Shown: piece by piece, positions 25,269 to 37,655 of the stretch | How the letters are laid out: each line of letters starts with the position of its first letter | How positions within the stretch are numbered: position 1 is the stretch's first letter | DNA from: Podarcis erhardii | Lineage: Eukaryota | Length of the DNA stretch: 64,000 nucleotides | Strand: one strand, 5' to 3' | Assembly (NCBI GenBank): GCA_964252035.1 | Contig: OZ176207.1 | Made by a program: the position numbers and the translations under genes | The notes under the pieces: generated by a model | The model's database searches: none | Seen by the model: the letters and a program-made list of their open reading frames with translations, nothing else | Told to the model about the DNA's origin: nothing

Positions 25269-25624
25269 NNNNNNNNNNNNNNNNNNNNNNNNNNNNNNNN
25301 NNNNNNNNNNNNNNNNNNNNNNNNNNNNNNNNNNNNNNNNNNNNNNNNNNNNNNNNNNNNNNNNNNNNNNNNNNNNNNNNNNNNNNNNNNNNNNNNNNNN
25401 NNNNNNNNNNNNNNNNNNNNNNNNNNNNNNNNNNNNNNNNNNNNNNNNNNNNNNNNNNNNNNNNNNNNNNNNNNNNNNNNNNNNNNNNNNNNNNNNNNNN
25501 NNNNNNNNNNNNNNNNNNNNNNNNNNNNNNNNNNNNNNNNNNNNNNNNNNNNNNNNNNNNNNNNNNNNNNNNNNNNNNNNNNNNNNNNNNNNNNNNNNNN
25601 NNNNNNNNNNNNNNNNNNNNNNNN
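25269..25624. other. N-run (356 bp) covering the branch point and polypyrimidine tract of exon B
   Basis: Ends 5 nt before the first base of exon B. Confidence 0.99.
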
Positions 25625-25629
25625 AACAG

Positions 25630-25713
25630 GCGAGAAGTCTTTCCTATGTGACCTTTGTGGCTTTGCTGGCGGGACACGTCATGCCCTCACCAAGCATCGG
25701 AGGCAGCACACAG
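25630..25713 (+). CDS. ZNF407: ZNF407 internal coding exon B (84 bp, phase 1 to phase 1); exactly one C2H2 finger plus linker
   Basis: AACAG acceptor directly after an N-run and CAG|GTCAGT donor. Translates (G)EKSFLCDLCGFAGGTRHALTKHRRQHT(G), in frame with exon A. Not found by the ORF track. Confidence 0.96.
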
Positions 25714-28700
25714 GTCAGTTAAGCTGTCTTCTACCCTTTTGTATTTTCTCTGCGGCAAAGGACTGTCATCCAGGCTGGGGAATAAAGGGAATCATATAGC
25801 ACATAGCAGTCCAGAGAGTATAACTGTTTGCTGATTGCTTGCTTGCTTGTTTGTTTGCCTTTACAAATTGATATGCCTAAGGTCTATGTCAAATGCTTTT
25901 ATTTATGAACCTAATGCTTTTTTTTTTTTAAAAAAAGGATAATTTTGAATAGCAGGTGTCTCTTTGAAAATTAAGTACACAAGGTTTATTTTAGAGGCCC
26001 AGCTAGACTGCAGACTGCATGAAGGTTGTATAAGAATATGCTTAAGAATTCCTATGTGAAAATTAAAGGAGCAAGATTTTGTCCCCCCCCCCCCACCAGC
26101 AACTGAAATATGGCCAATTTTTTTTTGTAACATTGTCATTTTCTGTTTACTGTTGATACATGACACTCACTTTGGATATAGGTTTCCACTCCCCAAACAC
26201 TTCATGCTCCAAACTAATTATTAATGTTGGTAAAATTAACTGTGAAGGTTTGTCCATGTCTTCTCAGAAGTAAGCTCCACTGAGTTCAATTAGACTTACT
26301 CCCAGGTTTACATAGGATTCTAGCCTATGTTAGATTTTTGAAAATGAAAGTGGGAATATATTCAGATTAAATGGTTCATTCTCAGTAGTACAATTTGTAT
26401 GATTATGTTTATTATGTTTTCCTCAAAAAGACTGTAGTTATTCATAGATGTTAAATGCAGCTGTTTTTCTTTAATAGTATGACCCATTCTCGATTCAGGA
26501 TGCTGGCTGTTATTAACCAACATTTTTAATGCATTTTAATTAATGCCCAGTTATATCCTTTCTCTGGAACTATATGCAGCTAGGATCTGAGATTAGTCAA
26601 CCAACATATTTGGAGAGTTGAAGATTATCCTGAGGAATTGAATGTTATGAAGCATATGCCGCAAATACATATGGTCAAAGCCTGTTGTGGTCTTGCAGAC
26701 ATGCAGTCTCGGAAACTGCAGTTGCAATTTACAGAGGGAAATTCTGAGTAGAAATTAAATAAGGACAGTGCTATATGCATTAAACTAGATGTATTAAACT
26801 CGCATGTTAGTTTTAAATCTGTTATGATAATCACCTTACAATATGATCTCACAATGTATTGAAGAATATCTGATATATCATATTAGGTCAGTGTGAAAGC
26901 ATTGTGGGTATCTGTTTGTTGACACCGAAGATCCCAGTGTCCTATTAAGTGCAATGCTCAGTTCCACTTGCACACATCAGATTTACTTTGCAGAATGAGT
27001 ATATGGAGCTTAGTGACTCCTGAGCAAAAGGCTAATCCTGACAAAGCAGAAAGGGTACTATTCATGTTTAATCTTCTAGAGCCCTACATACCAACCACTC
27101 TCATGCTGCCCTGGTTGAAGGGCTACTGTAGCTCTTACAAGTTGTACCCACAACTTATTAAGAGTCCGTCGCAGTATTCTGTTACATTATATAATGTAGC
27201 GTCAGTGTAAGCAGAGAGAGAGGGTTGTGTTTGAATGTGTGAAAGGCGAGTGAGATTCGGATATTTGTCCAGACACATAGCTTATTATGCTATGTGTAAG
27301 TAAGTCACCCTCTTTCATAGGGTTGCTTTAAGCATCCAAAAGATAAGAACTGTGACATGCTTTCCGTTCTGACAAATGGTATGAAAACCATCATCATCAT
27401 AAATGATCACCTGCTAAAGAAATACTTGAAGCAGACACAGAGGTGTTCAGTAGGGCAATTGAACATTTGGAATGAGAGGAATTCTAAAAGTTGTTCTAGG
27501 TAGAGGTATGTTGCTACAAAGTATCTTAAGTGCCATGCCAATTGTGAGGATCCTTTTAAATTTTATTAAGGTACATGTTTATTTGAAACAGAGGGGAGCA
27601 ACAGCCTGTGGTGGCCAAAGCAGCCTGCTTTAAATATAATTTAGAATATTGGGGATGGGGTCTTCTCACCAAGTTATCTAACCAAGTTCCAGCTTATTCT
27701 TTATCCCACGAAGATGTTGGAAATGGCAAAGCGGGGAATATACTAAGTTATTTCCCTCAGTCTCCCTGGAGTTCTGGCTATTATAGTAGTGGTCTCGCTC
27801 TTCTGTCCTTTTTTTCCTCAGGTACATGTTGGGGTTAAAAGCTTGCTCTTATTACAGTTTCTTACACTAAAATCAAATTTTGCATGCTTTAAGTGGGGCC
27901 TGCAACACAATGTTGTAGTAGGTTCCTACCACCTAAGAGAAGTGTTCCTGGGCCCCTGGCAGCCTGGAGCAGGAATTTTGTAGTTCAGTTCTGGCCTCTT
28001 GAAGATTGGGGCAGAGAAGTGAATAGGGAAGGGGGAAAGGACATGTTTTTGCCTTCCCCTTTCCCCAGCCATCTAGTGGCCTGCTGGTATTTTTTTAGCT
28101 ATATAGTGGAAAGGGGGAACCACACAGTTCTGTCGTTGTGGGGAGGAAGTATCTTTTTTTTCTTTTCTTCCTCATGAAACACCCCATATAACATAGAGGG
28201 AGGGGGCTTTTAACCTCATGATTAACCCTGCCTCCTTGCAGCCCAATCTTATCTGCATCTAAAATACTGATTAAAATACAGTTTATAATCTTAACCCCAC
28301 CACCCAATTTTCCTTACACACAAATACTCCATGACTCAGCTGTTTTTTCTATATGGAATGCATGTTTCTACATAGTTCTGTATATGATAGGGAAATGGAA
28401 TGTAGGAACTGGAGCACCGTGGCTAATTTGCATAGCTTGTCAATACATAATCAGCATAATTTGAATAAAAGTTGCATGAACTTTGGTTGTGATACTGTTT
28501 GTGCAATCTCCATTGCTAAATTAGAAGTGGCAGCTCTTAGGAGGTTTTCAAGATGATCATTGGCTGACCGAGATAACTGCTTCTGCTTGGGCCTCAGCTA
28601 TGAAATGTTTAAAAATGTATGTACTGGCAGAGAAAGGTCAGTTTCTTGGCAGGCTGTGAAATGTGATAAAGTTTTTCAGTTAGCTGGGGTGACAAAAAGC

Positions 28701-28964
28701 CCTTGTATTATTAACCTCAGTTGTTCAAATTATGGGTAAGCCCTTTCAAACCATGAGATATAGAAATCATGAAATTTGAAAGCATAATAAATGAAGTGTG
28801 CTTTACATTTACCTTCTTGTTTCTGAGGCTCCAATCATGTAGCCCCAAGACCTTTTCAATGATTTTCAACAACTGCAAGGAGGTTTCATTGTTAAAAAAT
28901 AAATATCATATCCCCAGTTTTCCTTTATTTTAGACAGCATGACGGAAACTTCTAAAATCAGAAG

Positions 28965-29090
28965 CCTGTGGCCTCCAGATGTTACTGGACTTCAACTCCC
29001 ATCAGCCTCAGCCAGCATAGCCAAAAGTTAGGGTTTATGGGAGTTGTAGTTCAGCTACATTTGAAGGGCTAAAGGTTGGTCACCACTAAT
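28965..29090. mobile_element. Degraded hAT-like MITE
   Basis: GGCCTCCAGATGTTACTGGACTTCAACTCCCAT...ATGGGAGTTGTAGTTCAGCTACATTTGAAGGGC hairpin. Confidence 0.65.
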
Positions 29091-32000
29091 TTAAATGTTT
29101 GTAATACTTGAAACAGGAGAAAGAGTGCCCTAAGATTCCAGAAGTTCTAATTTCCTTCACCACCTAAGGAATTTTTCATACAAGATTAATTTCCTGCACA
29201 AATAATGGCTTCCATACAGAAATATAGAAAACTGCATGCACCCTACATAAACCAGTCATATATAATGAATGTATGTATATTCTGTAAAAACCTGCTGCCA
29301 ACTGGGTGAACATTCCACTAGTTGGTGCACTGGGCAAACTGGACAAGAATTAATTGCATCAATTCATTGATTGTTGCATCAATGCAGCACGATGAAGTTG
29401 CATGACCTTTTTAATCCAGTAACCTAATGTAAATTTATTCTTCTCATGGTATTAAATAACAGATTATTCAGAATGACAGTGATAAACATTGGAAAATGCC
29501 TTATTGGGTTTAAGTTTGGATGGCCAGTTCTTGTAACAAAATTACTCATGTAATGTCTCCTATTGCTCTCATTTACTACTACTGCTACTAGTTCTACTGC
29601 TATTAATTGTTGATGCCATTTGGATAACATTTTACATAAACAGTTGTAAGAAGGTTCAATATTGTTCCCATTTTACAGTTGACCCAAAACTGAGAACTAT
29701 TGACTAATCAACAGCCACACAATGAGTCCATAGGAAAGATAGACCTGAACTCATTTCTCTCTGGTCCATGCCCTACTCTCTTGTTCTGGCTCATTTACTT
29801 ACGATATATGGTTTGTGAAAATACTGTCGCTTTTACTTAAGTGTGTAAATCTTCCATCGCTCTCCATTAAAATAGCTGGTTTTAGACAGCAAGTTCTAAT
29901 TAATGTTTCAGGTTGGCACTTGCCTGCTTATGCCACCCTAGTGGAGTTCCCCCTGCTCTGAATGCAGGCATTTACAGGTTATAGATCATGAAGCCTGCAT
30001 CGAGCAGGTCTAAGTTTATGTTTTATGTCAGGACTGGAGGCTCGTTATTACTTTGCTATTAACTTTATACTATATAGGACAGTATCTCAGAGACAGAGGG
30101 ATCTATCTTTTTGGCATTTATCCGCCTCTGTGGCACAAACAATCAGAGATGATTCTTTCCCAGAAAAATTACCTATGTCTACTATTTTCTTCACAGGGAG
30201 CTGCACAATACACCTTCCACTTGGTTCAATGTACTTCGGCTGATGCCATGAGATTTTTGTCTGGGCTAACTGCTTTATAACAGTGTCAAGCCTTGCTCAT
30301 CCCGTTCTTTTTTCCCTCCCCCCCCCCTCTCTCTTTCTCTCTTACATCCTGTTTTCCTTTTCCGTATCCTCCTTTTGACATGGCTTTCCTTGCACACAGA
30401 GTGCCCAAGCAAATTATAGGCAGGTTTGAAGGGGATAGGTATCAAAGTGGTCTAAATGGCTTAAATAATTCCCTGCTGCAATACAAACTGTCTAGGGGGT
30501 TGACACAAAACATCTCCTGATCCAAGATTTACTTTTATCACCTGTCACAGACCCTTGATTCAAGGGCAAGAGAGCCAATCCTCACATGCAGTTTAGGAAT
30601 CTTGGCCAGCTTAATAAGCCTCCCCACTCTCTTCAGCTTCCAGGCATCCAGTGAATTGATATCCACCAGAGTGCTTTTCTTGTCTGACAGATGCTTGACA
30701 ATGGGGGGAGGATTGACTTCAGGTCTTGAGGACTCTTTACTACATATCCCTCTGACTATTTTGCTTTTTATTCTTTCCTTCCACACTGTGAGCCAGACGT
30801 AACTATTTAGAAGAGTGAGCTTGAATGTCAAAAGATTTGAGATTCCACCCCCCCTTCCCGTTTGATCTCCAGAAGTGCTGTTTTTCCTCTGCTGAGCTAC
30901 ATAGAACTGTTTTCCCACACACTCCAATTTGCTCATGGATTCCCCCCCAACCCAAAAAAGCTATTGAGCCTCCAATCTAAAAGGCCATTGTGATGAAAGA
31001 AGGAATTGCATGCCTCACTAGAGACGTCATTGAGTGGGTCTGGGTTCTAGTTAGGGATTTATTCAGGCTGTTGGAAATTCTACATGTAGTAAGTTGAGTT
31101 GTGGAAAGTGCATCTGTGTAAGATGCATCTCTAGGAGTTGAGCCACTGAAATGCTGCACATCAGGCCTGGAAGTTCCAATTGACAAACCTGTTGGAGCTG
31201 CTGTTGGTTATTTTACTCTGAGGGATTAACTTCTGCTGGGGCATCCATAAATAGAACAGATCTTTCATACTTGCACTAATGAAAGCTGTTTCGTTTGCAC
31301 ATTTTGGACATGAATTTTATGTGTCAGTTGGTATTTTTTTATCACTTGTGTTTTTCATTGTTTCAGAGGAAAGCATTATCCACAATTCTTGATTCATATA
31401 TGTCAGTACAGAAAATCATATAGATAGATCCCATGGAATCATTTTTTTTTTTTGATAAATAATTATTTAAATTCTGCTAGTTTGAAGTGAACATGGTTAA
31501 CAAGTAATGCCTACTGATTTTTGGACAGCTCCCTGTCATTGTGACTCAGTTCCATATTATTAGAAAATAAATCCACATTTTATATTTCATTCACATTATT
31601 TTGGTGTGCTGTTCATTGCACACAATGCATGTTTAGTTGTTTTAAAAGCAGAACACAAACCAAGGAGAGGTTATAAGAACACTTTTGGAATATTACGATG
31701 TAGCTAACCAGTACATTGTCACATGTCCATGACCCATTGAAATAAAACATTAAATAATCTTATCATTTGAAGTTTTTCATGTTCCTTCGTAATATAAGGA
31801 AAGCTTCAGGTGTTTATTGAACAGTCAGTATGGCTCATTATTCCAAATACCTTTCCATGGCCAGTGTACATGTTTCCCTATTCCCCTGTATTTGGGCTAT
31901 AGCATAATGCATCCTTTTTCCCCAGCCCATCCTGTCTCTAGCATTTTACAGCTCTCTCACTACTGACCTTAACAATGGTGAAGAGTTTAATTAGCACCAA

Positions 32001-34768
32001 AGTTAGCCAAGGTTAACACTAATGAGAGGCAGTGAAGGCATAGTTAAGGGCTCAGGACTAGGGGTTGAATTCAGACTGTTGGTTGCGCTTGGTACCCACT
32101 GAATCCAATAGGATAAGTTAGTAATGAACTAATTCTCATTGATATCTATGAGAACTAAATGCAACTAGCAGTCCAGATCCATCCTTATGTTCTATAGTTC
32201 ACTGTTACCTAGGTTTGTTTCTTATGTGTTTATGTATTTCCATAGGCTTGCCCCCGCCGTTCACATCACAAACACCCTTGCAGTCTTTGGGAAATGTTAC
32301 ATTTTGTTCTCACTCTTTTATTTCATTCTTTCCTTTCCAACTTGGGTTGCAGTGTATAGTAAATATCAAAGCTATGGAGTTATGCCTTTGTACTTAGGAG
32401 GAAAAAAATGTGTGTGTGTGAAAGAGGAAGGTGATCAACCTATGTGACTAACAGAGGTGGAAAATCTTATGAGAGTATATATGACCTTCGTGGAAGTGTG
32501 CAGCACCTGATGAATATGAAAAGACAGGCTTCATCTATGTGGCAGTCCTGAGGCAGCTACAATGAGTCTACAGGAGTGGAGTGCCTAAGCAGTTTCTTGC
32601 CTTTGTTCAAATAGTCTCATGAATTTTTGAAGACAGTGGCTTATATGACCCACACAGATCCTGTTTGTATGATCAGTTCCATTTGCTCATTTCAGTTTTG
32701 CACATCTAGGCATTTATAGGTCAACGTAATAAAGAGAGAAAATTTAATAATATATGTGTTTTTATCCAGATGAGTGGCTCACTTTGCGTTTCTATTTCTC
32801 ATGTGAACTGCACTTTGACTTTTAATGTGCAGTTACATTACTCGGCACTGAATTTAATGTATAATGTAGCCTCTTTCCTTCACCTTCCCCCAACCCAGCG
32901 CCAAAAAGAAAAATACTCTGTATAAAGTATAACTAACCCAGTATGCCTTGTGCCTTTTCATTAAATGCTTATTAAGAGAGAATGTGATGTTTGAAGAGGA
33001 TTGCTATTAACTTCCAAGAAAGCTAGTACTAGTAGGAATGTTCAGGATGTAATTACATGAGATTTTCAAGGATAAATCATTACTGGAAACACAATAACCA
33101 ACTTTCTTTTTGTTACTGACCATTCTCTCCAAAGTATGTTAAACTTGATCTTTACCATCCTGCTGAAAATAGTAATAATAATGCTAGCACCACAACTGAA
33201 TGGCTCTTTGTTCATGTAGCGCCTGTGCATTAAAAACTTGCCTTCTTTACTACAGTAGAAGGGCTGCCCTTCATGTGCATCTCTTTACATGAAGAGAATT
33301 GTCCCTTCCATTAAGGAAAACGGGGGTGCTAACTTAAGTGGCAGCTCTGTGCATCCCATGGCACTATGGATTTAGGTTGTTATAGTGAGAAACAAAGACT
33401 ACTGATAAAATACATTTATTTATATGTATTTATTTTAAAGAAAAAAATCTGCTTTACTTAAGAGTAAGAATTCAAGCATAGCTTAGAAATAAAAACGCCA
33501 GTAGCATAACATAGAATTAGCAGCAAAATTATAAAGTAGTTAGAGGTCTGTTGTCTGCAAAGCAACTGACAGGATTAAAACCCAGGAAAACAGCAAAACC
33601 CAAAGGGAAAACAGCAAAATCTTCTCCAAAGCCTTTCTGGAACAACTAAGTGTTGCTGTGCAGTGAAGAGTAAGCTAACATGAAGCCATTCACACTTTCT
33701 TAGGGAAGGCATTTCATAGTGCTATAACTTACCTCCTGAACTTCTGATGACAGGAGTAACTTGATCAGGGCATCGTATGTGTGAAGGAGAGATATGGGAG
33801 CAGAATGCCCTACGTGTAACCAGGTTATCATTTATACTTTTAAATGTTAGAATTGCAGTTGGGACAATTGGGAATCCAGTGTAAATCATAAAGCAGGGAC
33901 AGGGAACCTAATGGCCCTCCTGATATCAAGGGCCCCAGGTTGTCATAAAGGACTGGAAGAGACAACGTGTGTCTGTGTGGCATTCTGATCCAGTTAAATG
34001 CTCTACAGTTGTAGTCTTCAACCTTTTCAGACCTAGGACTGACTTTAACTCAGGGGCCCATTTCTTTTTTCCTTTTTAAACAATATATTTGCATAGTGGT
34101 AGTTTTGCCATTTGACTTTTGAACAGGTTGTCGCCCAGCAGCTGGTCCAAACTCACCATTTCAGTACCAATGTTATTTATTGTTTGTATTGTATGTATTT
34201 AGTTCCCCTCCCCTAAGTACTAAATACAGCCTTTAAAAAAAAAATATTCTCTAGCAAAAAGTGAAGTTGCTATTCTATGATTTAAGAATCTCTTAGAAAC
34301 TTTTGGAATGATAGTTTTATGTCAAATTATGTGAAAATGTGGTCAGCTCTCAGAATTGTCTTCCAATTTTTATGCAGTGGTAGGAGTTTACAAATGAGTG
34401 GTGGGAGTTTTAAAATGTCTGCTTTTTTCTACTTTGGTAAATGCACTAAGTGCTGTATAAACATGCAGGCTAGCACAATAAAAATGATTCTAAAACATGA
34501 AAATACACAGTACAATAAAAATAGCAAATAGTAGAATTTAAACATATAAGAATAGAGCAGAATGTTGTAGCAGCAACATAATAAGCTGACATTATTAGGA
34601 AAAAAAGACACGAAAGAAAAGGGAAAGTTGCAAAGATTTCAAAAGAACTTTTATTCTGTTATTGTTTCATTCTCTACCCTTTGTCTTTTTTAATTCTCCC
34701 TTCCATCTTGACTTCTCTTGTTCTAACCATGGGCACGTGCGTGATATATCATGGTATGAGATTATCTA

Positions 34769-34967
34769 GGGAAGGGCCATAGTTTAGTGGTAGAACAATT
34801 GCTTTGCATGAAGAATCCATCCATCCCATCTCCAGGTAGATCTGGGGAAAAGTGCTGCCTGAAATCCTTGAGACATGCTGCCACGTCAGTGCAGGCAGTA
34901 CTGAACTAGATGGATCCATGTACGACTAATGCACTGTCTAAGGCAGCTTCCTATATTCCTATGTTCC
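34769..34967 (+). mobile_element. Squam3-like SINE
   Basis: GGGAAGGGCCATAGTTTAGTGGTAGAACAATTGCTTTGCATG tRNA-like head, CATCTCCAGGTAG core, and AAGGCAGCTTCCTATATTCCTATGTTCC tail. Confidence 0.8.
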
Positions 34968-35220
34968 TTTCCAGTTCCCACAATTTCATATTGGAATTCT
35001 TGTAGGTTGATTTACTTTATTCAACTGCTAGAAATTTGTGCTGTGTGTTGTGGCCACTCTAGTTCATGTAAAGCTTTCTCCATTTATAAATATTGGGAGG
35101 ACTTGTATAAGTGAGAGCTTACTCTGTGGAACGACTCATTGTTTATATATAGCATGCAGAAATGTTCAGAAATACATAGTGAGTTTTGCCCAAATTTAGG
35201 TCCAATGCAGTACCCTGTCA

Positions 35221-35222
<2 letters not shown>

Positions 35223-35274
<52 letters not shown>
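35223..35274. repeat. (TC)26 microsatellite
   Basis: Seen directly in the sequence. Confidence 0.98.
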
Positions 35275-35276
<2 letters not shown>

Positions 35277-35325
35277 CCCATGCTTCTATCTAGACTATCC
35301 CTATCGAATTGTATCTGTCCACTAC

Positions 35326-35940
35326 TGAGCATGAATCAATAGTGTGATGCAGCAGCAAAATAAGCTAATGCTATTCTAGGCTGCATCAACAGAAGTACAG
35401 TGTCCAGATCAAGGGAAGCCATAGTACTGCTCTATTCTGCCTTGGTCAGACCACACCTGGAGTATTGTGTCCAGTTCTGGGTGCTACAGTTTAAGAAGGA
35501 TATTGACAAGCTGGAATGTGTTCAGAGGAGGGAAACCAAGATGATCAAGGGTCTGGAAACCAAGCCATATGAGGAACGGTTGAAGGAGTTTGGTATGTTA
35601 AGCCTGGAAATGTGGGGACCGAGAGAAGATATGAGAGCCATCTTGGAAGATAGAGCAAGCTTGTTTTCTCCTGTTCTGGAGGGTAGGATCTGAACCAATG
35701 ACTTCAAGTTACAAGAAATAATATTCCGACTAAACATCAGGAAGAACTTTCTGATAGCAAGAGCTGTTCGACAGTGGAACAGACTACCATGAGAGTTGGC
35801 AGACTCTCCTTCCTTGGAGGTTTTTAAGTAGAGGTTGGATGGCCATCTGTCATGGATGCTTTAGTTGAGATTCCTGCATTGCAGGGGATTGCACTAGATA
35901 ACCCTCAGCATTCCTTCCAACTCTACAATTCTATGATTCT
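35326..35940 (+). mobile_element. CR1 LINE 3' fragment
   Basis: Encodes [26 protein letters not shown]...[13 protein letters not shown] (CR1 ORF2 C-terminus) and ends in CCTTCCAACTCTACAATTCTATGATTCT. Confidence 0.95.
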
Positions 35941-37472
35941 GCACTCTAGTAGGAGAAGCAAGAGACATCCATGGCAAAAATACATGTCTGCTCCTGTATA
36001 GGCCTTTAAGATTAGATCAGCTTAGAGTTCAGCATTTAAAAGTAAAAAATAAAACTATGAATTGCCATAAGTTACTTTAAAAGAAAAAGAAAGTGGGAAA
36101 TTGGGGAAGTGGTCAGACCAATGGTCCATTTTGTCTAGCATCCTGTTTCCAAGAAAGTTCAGCCAATTGTTTTCTGGCCACAGTAAAACATGAAGGCAAC
36201 ATCGCTCATCTGCAGCTTGCCATTAGCAGTAGTATATAAATGACTAACAAAATAGATATTATTATTTTGGCTTATTCCTCCTTTAGCTGGCTGCTCTGAT
36301 CCTTTCCTAATAATCTCTTACTTGGAATTTACATTCTTTCCTTTCCCTGAAAAACGTTTGAGTTAATGTTTTTTGTGTTATGCTCTCCTGCACCCAACAC
36401 TCATCACTTTATACCCACACATGGACATCTGAACAGTACAGCTTACAAACTTTTTATTATAGTTGCCTTTATATCACCTCCTGAGTCATACTGGCCTCTT
36501 TTGGTTACTGGTTCCTCCACACTCCAATACATACCTTAGCGGAACTTGGAAAGTGAAATTTGAAAGCTGCATATGTTGTTTCTGCTATTAACTTCTACCC
36601 AGTGTCTTCCACAGAGATTATCATATTAGGCTATGTGCAAATTATTTGTAAATGTGCAAATTGAGTTATTTAATACATGCATATACTTGGCATATCTGCT
36701 TTAGTGTAATGGGAAGCATATTTTATGCAGCCATTGAAGTTGTGCACTGCTAGTAGAAGTGTTCTGGATCCAGAGGAATAAGTGAATTGTTTTGAGCCAA
36801 GATAGTGCTCCTCCTGATTGACATATTGCCATTATTTCCATCACAGGGTTCTTTCTGTTCATTTGTGTGAGGTTATTCACACATATTTATGTCTTATGAA
36901 TTGTTGAACATATGTAGCAAAATTATGTTGTCTTGAGTTGTGAAAAATATGCTGAGGGATTCACAAGTGAAGAATGCACATAGATATTTCTCAGATGAGG
37001 ACATCAAAGTACCACATTTGTAGGAATAACTGATACTATCAATCCATTTTTCAGTCCTGGTCTCATACAGTGACTGCCATATGGAGGCCACTTGATGATA
37101 CCTCCTCATAATAGCTTCTCTATGTGAGATGTATTGGTATGCTCCAACTTGCTTCAAAAATTGACTGCTACCATGTGGCTTGCATCATTGCTGCTAAAAA
37201 CCTATTTAATCAGCACTGAGACAAACTGCATTAAGGGGGATGATCCACATGATTACTGAGTACACACAAACAATTTAATACATGGGTTAGCCACTGACGA
37301 GAGGCAGTGGGCCAAATCAATTGATACATATGTTGTGTGAGGAGATAACTGGTAGCTCAGGGGAAAATAATGTATAACATGGAAGTGATAAAAAAATTGT
37401 ACTCAGATGTTGAGTATTTCTTTTAGAACTGCAATTTGTATCCACTAATCCAGTTGCATTGTGGGTTAATAA

Positions 37473-37655
<183 letters not shown>

